This document shows, in pieces, positions 28,650 through 36,785 of a stretch of 64,000 nt of DNA; the stretch's first letter is position 1; each line of letters starts with the position of its first letter. This DNA comes from an uncultured Acidobacteriaceae bacterium (GTDB taxonomy: Bacteria; Acidobacteriota; Terriglobia; Terriglobales; Acidobacteriaceae). The notes under the pieces were generated by a model. The model made no database searches, was not told the DNA's origin, and saw only the letters and a program-made list of their open reading frames with translations. The stretch covers positions 72,561 to 136,560 of the forward strand of contig CAWIQW010000021.1 of the NCBI GenBank assembly GCA_963838315.1, written 5' to 3'. The position numbers and the translations under genes are program-made.

Positions 28650-28679
28650 AATGCCATTTTACCATAAATGATGCCATTT
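28638..28679. promoter_or_regulatory. candidate vapBC operator: palindrome plus a direct repeat of the same half-site
   Basis: AATGGCATT-cac-AATGCCATT (28638..28658) is centred on the vapB GTG. ATGCCATTT is repeated at 28651..28659 and 28671..28679, a 20-nt period. TGgTAAAAT is a -10-like element on the minus strand (28656..28661). Confidence 0.45.
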
Positions 28680-28726
28680 ACTTTGGCACACAGAGTGGAA
28701 GAAGAAGCGGGGCTTAAAACACTGGC

Positions 28727-28767
28727 ATAAAAAACGAGAGGGACGAGCGCCAGGCTCATCCCTCTCG
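28727..28767 (-). terminator. intrinsic terminator of rne
   Basis: 9-bp stem CGAGAGGGA/TCCCTCTCG (28735..28767), followed on the minus strand by TTTTTTAT. Confidence 0.7.
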
Positions 28768-28805
28768 ATGTTATCTCCGGGTAGCGCGAAACCGCACCCC
28801 CGTTT

Positions 28806-31646
28806 TTAGTGAATGTCGAATTGCTCCTGGTGCAGAGCGGGATCCGACTTCACGATAATCGTCTTCTTCGTCAGCTCTTCCATTTCATTGAGCAGGCGAG
28901 CGTTGCCGGCCTTGAGCGCCTTGGCAACTTCCGGATTCACCCGCAACATCACGTCGCTATGCTCCAGATGCTGCGAAATCTTGCGCATTTCCACGTAGAT
29001 TTCGTTGCAGATGGTGTTCACGGCCTTCACAAAGCCGGTGGACTGGCAATAGGGGCACGGTGATCCAATGGTGCGCTCGAGCGATTGCTTTACCCGTTTG
29101 CGCGTGATCGCCACCAGCCCGAAATCGTTAAACTGCAGCACCTTGGAGGGCGCACGATCCGCGCGCAGCGCCTCTTCCAACGCCTGCATCACTTTCTGCC
29201 GGTTGCGGCGCTCGTCCATGTCAATGAAGTCGATGATGATGATTCCGCCCAGGTCGCGCAGCCGGATCTGCCGCACAATCTCGCGGATCGCATCCACGTT
29301 GGTCTTCACGATCGTGTCTTCCAGCCGCGAGGTCTTGCCCACGTACTTGCCCGTGTTGACGTCGATCGCGACCAGCGCCTCCGTCTGGTTGATGACAATG
29401 TAGCCGCCGCTCTTCAGCCAGACTTTCGATTTCAGTGCCTTGTTGATTTCTTCGTTCAAGCCGAACTGCTCAAACAGCGGCGTCTCCTTCGTATAGAGCT
29501 TCACGCGCCTGACCAGTCCGGGTTGGAAGCGGTTGGCAAAACGCAGGATCCGCTCGTATTCAGTTTCGGTATCAACCCAGATCACGGAGAAATCGGAACT
29601 CACCTGATCCCGGAGCACGCGCTCCACCACATTCAGATCGTGGTAGATCAACGCTGGAGATTTGCTAGCTTCCGAGCGCGACTTGATTTCGTTCCACAGG
29701 TTTTTCAGGAAGCGGATATCAGCCCGAAGTTCCTCGTCGCTGGCGCCCGCCGCCGCCGTGCGGACAATGAAGCCACCGCCGCCATTCTCGCGCTCGCTCT
29801 GGATGATGTGCTTCAGCCGCTGACGTTCGTCCTCGGATGCAATCTTGCGCGACACGCCAGTGTGGTTCACTGTGGGCATGAAGACAAGAAAGCGTCCCGG
29901 CAGCGCGATATGACTGGTAATGCGCGCGCCCTTCTTCCCGATTGGCTCCTTCGCAATCTGGACCAGGATTTCCTGGCCCTCTTTCAGCAGTTCGCTAATC
30001 TGGGGCACCACGGTATTCTCGCGGCTGCGGAAGCGCCTGCGTTGGCCGCCACGTCGCCCTCCGCGCCGGTCCGTGCCGCGTTCGCCGCCACGTCGCTGCG
30101 TGCGCTGCAGCAGTCTTGCTTCAGGCGCCGGTCCGCGAACCACCGCGCTGGCATCCACTGTCCCGTCGCCGATTGCCTCCGCCTCCAGCAAAGCTTCGGC
30201 TTCGGCCTGCGCTTCTTCCAGTTCCAGTTCTTCGGCCTCGCGTTCTTCGGCTTCCAGAACGGCCTCGGGAATTTCGCCACTCTCCCCGGCTTCGGCAGCC
30301 GGAGTTGAAATCGTCTCTCCCACGCCCACCGGCAGCAGTTCTCCTCCAGCGGCTCGCGTCTCTTCTTCTACTTCTTCAAAGCCGTCATCGTCGCCGGGTT
30401 CTTCCCCGTACGCCACGAGATCGGCTTCCTCTTCCTCAATCTCCTGCTCCTCGACGTTGCCGTGAGACGCCTCATGGTGAACTTCTTGCGGAATCTCGCG
30501 GGTTGCCGTGTCTGGTCCGAGGGCCGCGGCAAAATCCGCCTCATGCGCGATTTCGTATTCCGCGGTTTCGTCGTCCGGTTCGATCTCAGCCGCAGGCTGC
30601 GCTTCCTGGCGGAATTCCGCCATTTGCGGAGCCGCGCCTGCCGCGGCTGACGGCTCTCCACGGCCGCTCGAACGCGCTTCTTCGTATGTGGCCGCCGCGG
30701 AGACATGATCCTGCAAGGCCTGATCCTGCGACTCATGCTCATGTTGTTCGTGGAGCGGCTCTGTTGCCTCGACCGCGAAAATCGGCTCGTCTTCCGGGAA
30801 ATTCGCAAGGATCGACGGTTCCACCGGCTGTTCCGGCGTCGATTCCAAAGAAAATGCCGAGGGCGCGCTCTGCGCCTGCCGCTGGTACTTTGAGATCGAT
30901 TCGCCCGGCAAAATTATCGGCTGATACCCGGGGGGAGGACCGTAATCATAGTCGCGACCGGGACGGGTCGGCGGCGTCCCCCGCTGAAAACGCGAGGAGG
31001 ATCCACCGCGTGGTTCAAACCCCGCAGACCGATCAGACCGTTCGCCTCGATCGCTGCGTACGTCACTTCGGGGTTCGCTCGTTCTGGAATCAACGCCCGC
31101 GTCGCTCGTTCTCGCATCGACGCTTCGCGGCTCTACTCCCCGCGCTTCCGGCCGGCCCGCACCGCGCCCGCCATTCTCAGGACGTCGACCGCGGCGGCGC
31201 CGCCTGCCGCGAAAATCACGGCTTTCTCGCGAAGGCTCCGCCGCATTCCCCGGTTCCGCAGCGGCAGTTTCAAATCCGTCTGCTTCGTCGGTGACGGGCT
31301 CGGCGAGTTGCGAAGCACCGGCATTCTCCACGGGACGCCGCTGCATCCCTTCGTTCTGCTGCTGCTGCACAGGGCGATTCGCCGGGATGGCTTCATCCAG
31401 GTCTTCGTCCTGCTGTTCCAGGTCCATGAAATCGGAGACATACAGGAAGGCGTCGCGTTCGAGGCCTACATCCACAAAAGCCGACTGCATGCCTGGCAGC
31501 ACGCGGGTTACCCGGCCCTTATAAATCGAGCCTGCTAAGGTGTATTCGTTTTCGCGTTCGAGGTAAATTTCCGCTAACTGATCGTCTTCTGTGATCCCCA
31601 CTTTTGTTTCGTGAGGTGTGGCGGATACAAACAATTCCTTGTTCAT
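28806..31646 (-). CDS. rne: ribonuclease E/G family endoribonuclease with a large internal disordered insertion
   Basis: S1 start AGSIYKGRVTRVLPGMQSAFVDVGLERDAFLYVSDF. S1 resumes about 470 aa later at ISELLKEGQEILVQIAKEPIGKKGARITSHIALPGRFLVFMP. Then the DNase-I-like and Zn-link regions (CPYCQSTG). Confidence 0.9.
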   Translation of the reverse strand: MNKELFVSATPHETKVGITEDDQLAEIYLERENEYTLAGSIYKGRVTRVLPGMQSAFVDVGLERDAFLYVSDFMDLEQQDEDLDEAIPANRPVQQQQNEGMQRRPVENAGASQLAEPVTDEADGFETAAAEPGNAAEPSRESRDFRGRRRRRGRRPENGGRGAGRPEARGVEPRSVDARTSDAGVDSRTSEPRSDVRSDRGERSDRSAGFEPRGGSSSRFQRGTPPTRPGRDYDYGPPPGYQPIILPGESISKYQRQAQSAPSAFSLESTPEQPVEPSILANFPEDEPIFAVEATEPLHEQHEHESQDQALQDHVSAAATYEEARSSGRGEPSAAAGAAPQMAEFRQEAQPAAEIEPDDETAEYEIAHEADFAAALGPDTATREIPQEVHHEASHGNVEEQEIEEEEADLVAYGEEPGDDDGFEEVEEETRAAGGELLPVGVGETISTPAAEAGESGEIPEAVLEAEEREAEELELEEAQAEAEALLEAEAIGDGTVDASAVVRGPAPEARLLQRTQRRGGERGTDRRGGRRGGQRRRFRSRENTVVPQISELLKEGQEILVQIAKEPIGKKGARITSHIALPGRFLVFMPTVNHTGVSRKIASEDERQRLKHIIQSERENGGGGFIVRTAAAGASDEELRADIRFLKNLWNEIKSRSEASKSPALIYHDLNVVERVLRDQVSSDFSVIWVDTETEYERILRFANRFQPGLVRRVKLYTKETPLFEQFGLNEEINKALKSKVWLKSGGYIVINQTEALVAIDVNTGKYVGKTSRLEDTIVKTNVDAIREIVRQIRLRDLGGIIIIDFIDMDERRNRQKVMQALEEALRADRAPSKVLQFNDFGLVAITRKRVKQSLERTIGSPCPYCQSTGFVKAVNTICNEIYVEMRKISQHLEHSDVMLRVNPEVAKALKAGNARLLNEMEELTKKTIIVKSDPALHQEQFDIH

Positions 31647-32026
31647 TGCTACTCCGGTTATTGCTCACCGGACCAGAAGCACAAGGCTTACGGAAGGATC
31701 ATAGCTCAGCGCCGCTCGTTGTCATTGTTATGCCATGAGCGGGCCAGTTCCCGGCGTCACGCCGGGAGCTGCACTGCAGTGAATTTTTCTTAATCGTCTG
31801 CACTGATCGCGTTAAGCCACGTTGCCAGGCTTGTGGCCACTCTCTCTCAACTCCCGAGGGGGCCGTTTCCCGCCTGACCGGCTTCAATCCTGTCCGGCCT
31901 CGACTTCGCCGGTAATCTGCCCTACTTTTCGCGAGGGCGGCTCGTAATTAATCTTGTTACCTGCAATCTTGTTTCAGGGCGCCGTCTCGCTTGCGAGAAA
32001 CAACCGCCCAACTCTGCCTCTCCGAT

Positions 32027-33121
32027 TCAGTTCACAAACCGGCGCATCCTGACGTTCATCACGATCCCCAGCGCCAAAAACATGAAAAGAACGGAAGAAC
32101 CTCCATAACTCATCAGCGGCAGAGGTATTCCGGTGACGGGCATAAAGCCGACCACCATGCCGATATTGACCAGGATGTGAAAACTAAGCACAGCCACCAC
32201 ACCCATTACCAGAAATGCCCCGGCACGGTCGGGCGCCGTTTGCGCATTCTGCGTCAAACGCATCAGCACTATGAAGTATAACAGCAGAACCCCCAGAGCT
32301 CCTACAAACCCGTGCTCCTCGGCAAATGCGGCAAAAATGAAGTCGGTCTGCGGCACCGGAAGAAACGCCAAGTGTGTCTGCGAACCCTGGCTGCTGCCCC
32401 AAATGCCTCCCGAACCCACCGCGATCAGGGATTGATTAACTTGGTACCCGGAGCCCTGACGGTCCGCATCCGGATCTCGAAAACTCGCCAAACGCTCTTT
32501 TTGATAAGGCTTTAATATCTTGATCCAGGCCACCGGCAACAGCAGCCCCAGAATCAGCATGACTACCAGTGCCTGCTTCCAGCGAAGTCCGCCTAGAAAA
32601 AGTCCCATGATGGCCACCGGCAGGTATGTCAGTGCTGTCCCCAGATCCGGCTGCTTCAACACCAGAAGCATGGGGAAGCTCACGATCGCGCCCGCTTTCA
32701 GAAAATCTGGCCAGGAAAGGTCGCGCTGCTGGAGGTCCGCGAAATACTTTGCGACCGCCAGGATCAGAATCAGCTTCACCCACTCCGAAGGCTGAAAGTG
32801 GCCGCCCGCCGGCATCTTGATCCAGCGCTTCGCGCCCAGGTATCGCTGCCCAAACAAAAGCACCGCAATCAGCGACGTAAGCGCAACTACGTACATCCAG
32901 TGAACCTGTTCAAGCAGGAGTTGATAGTTGACGAGGCTGACCAGGAACATGGCCGCCAATCCGCCCAGAATCCAGTAGATCTGCTTGAGGTAGAGGTGGG
33001 ATTCGGCGAACTTGGTGTTCTCGGTCGCGCTGTGGATCTGCACCACGCCCAGCGTGCAAAGAAGCAGCACGAAGGCTAACAGCACCCAGTCGAAATCCCG
33101 GTAGGATACGTAGCGCGACAT
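32027..33121 (-). CDS. rodA: SEDS-family peptidoglycan polymerase RodA
   Basis: FtsW/RodA/SpoVE-like polytopic protein (DWVLLAFVLLL..., QPSEWVKL, TDFIFAAFAEEHGFVG, PLPLMSYGGSS). It is not in a dcw context. Confidence 0.88.
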   Translation of the reverse strand: MSRYVSYRDFDWVLLAFVLLLCTLGVVQIHSATENTKFAESHLYLKQIYWILGGLAAMFLVSLVNYQLLLEQVHWMYVVALTSLIAVLLFGQRYLGAKRWIKMPAGGHFQPSEWVKLILILAVAKYFADLQQRDLSWPDFLKAGAIVSFPMLLVLKQPDLGTALTYLPVAIMGLFLGGLRWKQALVVMLILGLLLPVAWIKILKPYQKERLASFRDPDADRQGSGYQVNQSLIAVGSGGIWGSSQGSQTHLAFLPVPQTDFIFAAFAEEHGFVGALGVLLLYFIVLMRLTQNAQTAPDRAGAFLVMGVVAVLSFHILVNIGMVVGFMPVTGIPLPLMSYGGSSVLFMFLALGIVMNVRMRRFVN

Positions 33122-33173
33122 AAGATCAGTCGCCCACCACAGAACTCATAGAAAACAACTCACTGGAGAAAAT

Positions 33174-33890
33174 TCACTGACAGGGATCCGTTGGGCATGA
33201 AGGACTAACCGGGCCTTCCCCACCGTGGCCCAGCCAGACCCACGCCGCCGCTCCACCGATGACGGCCGCACCGCCAATAACGGCCGCTTTCGAACTCAAC
33301 AGCCCTCCATGCGCCGCCGGAGCCGCGCCTTCCTGTTTTCTTTTTTTCTTCTTTTTTCCGTCATCGCTGGTATCGTCGCGCGTGGTCTGTTGCCCTTGCG
33401 TTACGGTCGTGGTTCCCTTGTCGTCCTGCACGGTAACGTCGCCTTTGTTGGCGGCAATCTGCACCTGTCCATTCACATCAACTACTTGGAACTCGGTCCA
33501 GGAAGCGCCCACTGGCTTGATGGTCACGTCACCAGCGTGGGCCGCCAATCCGCGCGAGGTCGTCACGCGAATGCCACCGTGCTCAATTTCAACCGCCGGA
33601 CCCTCGAATTGCACCAGCGAATCGGCCATCACCATCACGCTTGATCCGTTGGCCTGGATGCTCGCTGTGGAATCGGTACGCGTCTGCAGCATGTCTCCGG
33701 AGAATACAGCCGCCGACTTCGGCACTTCGCTCCCGTTCAACCACGCGGAACCGGTCGTGTACAGCATTGCCGACGCGGTTTCCCCCGCCAGCATGTACAT
33801 CGGGAACAGGACCACCAGCCAACAACACACCGCAGCGCGAAATTTTGACTGTGTCATGAGTTGAGACGACTCCCGCATGTCAGATTGCAA
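33174..33890 (-). CDS. secreted hypothetical protein (FecR-like beta region, Lys-rich linker, C-terminal hydrophobic segment)
   Basis: The signal/anchor is MTQSKFRAAVCCWLVVLFPMYMLAG, from the alternative ATG at 33857. Features include DDGKKKKKRKQEG and AAVIGGAAVIGGAAAWVWL. Confidence 0.55.
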   Translation of the reverse strand: MQSDMRESSQLMTQSKFRAAVCCWLVVLFPMYMLAGETASAMLYTTGSAWLNGSEVPKSAAVFSGDMLQTRTDSTASIQANGSSVMVMADSLVQFEGPAVEIEHGGIRVTTSRGLAAHAGDVTIKPVGASWTEFQVVDVNGQVQIAANKGDVTVQDDKGTTTVTQGQQTTRDDTSDDGKKKKKRKQEGAAPAAHGGLLSSKAAVIGGAAVIGGAAAWVWLGHGGEGPVSPSCPTDPCQ

Positions 33891-33913
33891 TCATCCTAAG
33901 CGTGCAAACGGTT

Positions 33914-35460
33914 TCAGGTCAATGCGTTTGTGTAGTTCGGTGCACTTACGGTAACGGGCGCGAGCGCCGCACCCGACTCAACCGCGGCACACTGCGCATC
34001 CAATCGACCTTCAAGCATCTCGCCCGCCAGGCCGACTACTTTCACATCCATCCAGCGGTTCGCGATATGACGTCCCGAAACTCTCATCTTCAAATAATTG
34101 TCCGTCAGCGCTTCCGTGGATTCCGCATCGCCCGTCTGCAGCGTGATGGCTTCGACCTTCGTTCCCATCAGCGATTGCATGAACTCCACTTTCTTCCGCG
34201 ATGCGATCTCCCGCAGGACGCGATTTCTGTCCCGCGCCAACGCCACGGGAACCTGCCCGGCCTGCTCTGCCGCCGGAGTTCCGGGTCGTGCCGAATAAGT
34301 GAATACGTGCAGATACGTGAACGGAAGTTCCTCCACCATCTGTCGCGTCTGGGCAAACTCCGCCTCGGTCTCACCCGGAAATCCCACCATCACATCTGCG
34401 CCGATAGCCGCGAATGGCATCGCCCGGCGCATTTTCAGAATCTTCTCGCGATAATGCCACGGCCGGTACTTGCGATGCATCCGCCGCAAAACCGAGTCGC
34501 TCCCCGATTGCATGGGCACGTGAGCATGCTTGGCAATTCGCGGAGAGCAAGCGACCAGTTCAATCAGTTCATCGCTCCAATCCATGGGCTCGACCGAACT
34601 GATTCGCAGTTTCTCAAGCGATGTTTGGAGAGAATCGCGCGGATGAGATTCACCAGCCGTGCATCGCCAGATGCCAGGGTTACCTGACCGCTGAAGCCTG
34701 ATGGCTGATGGCTGAAATCCCTTCCCCACCGCCCCAGATTGATTCCCGAAATCACCACCTCGCGGTAGCCCGCCGCAACCAGCGTCCGCACCTCCGCAAG
34801 CACGCGCTCTTCCGGCAACGACCGGCTCTGCCCGCGTACATACGGAATCACGCAGAACGAGCACCGGTTGTCGCATCCATCCTGCACCTTAAGGTTCGGC
34901 CGCGTGCGCTCGTTCGCCGCTTCGAATACCGGAGCCGCCATCAATTCGGTGTGGGCAAAAATATCGCCTACGATAATGTCCGCCGGATAGGAACCTTTCC
35001 TCGCTTCCTCGCGAGGCTGCCCTGCCCTTTCGCGTTCGTTGCGAACGGGTGGGAACTCCTCCGCCACTCCTAGAAGCTTCGCGAGCGGGACGAAGCCGAT
35101 GGGCCCGCTCACCAAGATGGATTGTCCGCTGTCGCAATCTCGGCCACCTGGTGCTTGTGCGAATTCCCCACGACCCAGGTGACGCCCGGCAGCGCCGCCA
35201 GTTCCTCCGGCGCCCGCTGCGCGTAGCATCCCGTCACCAGAATCCGGCAATCCGGATTCACTCTCCGCAACCGCCGTATCGAGGCCCGCGCATCTTTGTC
35301 GGCGCCTTCGGTGACCGTGCAGGTATTAAGGACGACAATTTCGGCGTCCCGCGCCAGCGCATGCCCGCTCCAGGCCGCGCTCCAGAAACTGCCGTTCCAG
35401 CGCCGCTCCGTCCGCCTGTGTCGCGCGACAACCAAAATTTTCTATGTAGAAGCGAGCCAC
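33914..35460 (-). pseudogene. mtaB: MiaB/MtaB-family radical-SAM methylthiotransferase, disrupted by three frameshifts
   Basis: Pieces lie in different frames. VARFYIENFGCRATQAD.. runs from GTG 35460. Next come ..ALARDAEIVVLNTCTVTEGADKDA.. and ..LKVQDGCDNRCSFCVIPYVRGQSRS.. Last is ..LEKLRISSVEPMDWSDELIELVA..GFPGETEAEF.. Confidence 0.8.
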
Positions 35461-35605
35461 GCTCCTATACTAAACGAGTGGATACCGCGGCGGGTGTTTA
35501 CCGCCACGCGCGACCAGGTTCTAGTTGACGTTGCGGCTGCCGTTCGACAGTGCGGGTGCTGGCCATCTCGACCGCGCGCTCCGCATTCGCCGAGGTGCAC
35601 TGCTT

Positions 35606-36007
35606 ATGAAACGGCGCATTCTTCTCGTCGACGACGATCTCGCCATTCTGCTGACCCTTAAGGCTGTTTTGGAACTCCACGATTTTGAGGTGGAAACTGC
35701 GGCCAGCACAAAAGAGGCCTTCGCCCGCATGGAGTCGGGCGTCTATAACATGGTCATCAGTGATTTGCACATGGAGACCGAAGAGGCCGGTCTGGAAGTC
35801 ATCCGAGCAGCCCACCGCCAGAGCTATGCCCCCGCGACTGCCCTGCTAACGGCGTTTCCCCCAACCGACGAATACCGGGAAGGAGGCGCTTTGTCGGACA
35901 GGCGTTTCCCCCGGGAACTCTCGAGCGCCGACCGCCCGGATTCCCTTCTAGTCAAGCCGCTCGGCGACTGCGCACGATCTGCTTCGCCAGATCGAGGCGC
36001 CTGCTGA
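35606..36007 (+). CDS. single-domain response regulator (CheY-like); C-terminus possibly frameshifted
   Basis: MKRRILLVDDDLAILLTLK...MVISDLHM...ALLTAFP. After LLVKPL another frame reads TAHDLLRQIEA, which is more typical of a receiver helix 5. Confidence 0.7.
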   Translation: MKRRILLVDDDLAILLTLKAVLELHDFEVETAASTKEAFARMESGVYNMVISDLHMETEEAGLEVIRAAHRQSYAPATALLTAFPPTDEYREGGALSDRRFPRELSSADRPDSLLVKPLGDCARSASPDRGAC

Positions 36008-36065
36008 TTCGCCAGCAGGCGACCAACCGTAACTCCGCAGCACGGGCTCGGCTCAGTAGGTCGCC

Positions 36066-36376
36066 TCAGGCGCTGGCGACTTGCCGCCCTTGCTGGAAAC
36101 ATCGCGGCACAGACCGGCCGTCCTTGGGTCGGACGGAACGGAACTGTGGTCTCCTTGCCACACTGGGAACAATTCGTGCGCGTTTCGGTCTTCGTATAGG
36201 AGTGCCCATGGGAGCACCCATGGTCCCAGCACCGCTACTCGCTTGCCCTTGCAGTTCTTGCAACGTTTCGGCTCGTTCTTGAACTGCTTGTCGCGAAAGA
36301 ACAGTTGTTCGCCGGCCGTGAACACGAAATCCGTGCCACAGTCCACACACTTCAGAATTTTGTCTTGGAATTCCAT
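36066..36376 (-). pseudogene. double zinc-ribbon protein (CxxC-x-CxxC, twice), disrupted by at least three frameshifts
   Basis: Frame 1 reads MEFQDKILKCVDCGTDFVFTAGEQLFFRDKQFKNEPKRCKNCKGKR. The second ribbon, TNCSQCGKETTVPFRPTQGRPV, is in another frame. The final C-R-D-(C)-F-QQGRQVASA* needs two more shifts. Confidence 0.65.
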
Positions 36377-36785
36377 TGGAAGAGGCACTCCCATTCCCCG
36401 TCCTGCGCGGCACGGTAGACCCGAATGGGAAGCGATCCGGTTCACGACGTGGGCAGGAGATTTACATCCCCCTCGTACTGCCCCTGGACTCGGCCCGCCA
36501 TGCAAGTGGATTCGCATGGATTGATGCTTGTCTCGCCGTTAAATGCGTGCAACCCTGAGTTGGAGAATGGGCCCCTCTCCCGAAGTGTGGCCGCGATCAT
36601 CCAGTCCTTGAAACTTTTTCTCGGTGGACTCAGCCGCAAAACGCTTTCCATTTCGCGTTTCCGCCCGTCCGAAATCCAGCCGTTTTTATTGGACTGCCCC
36701 CACTCGCCCCCCGACGGGGGACCGTTCAGTTATGGCAAGCTTGTGTTACTAAGTCAAGAAGAATGTGCAGAAATTTTCCTGCTTG

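Noticed and set aside
29085-31294. Two long plus-strand ORFs (407 and 392 aa) opposite rne
   Set aside because: Both are antisense to the well-supported RNase E gene. Their translations are Arg/Pro/Ser-rich nonsense produced by the low-complexity insert.
30012-31427. Repetitive-looking acidic/Arg-rich DNA considered as a tandem repeat or CRISPR-like array
   Set aside because: There are no regularly spaced identical repeats. It stays in frame within rne and encodes a biased-composition protein segment.
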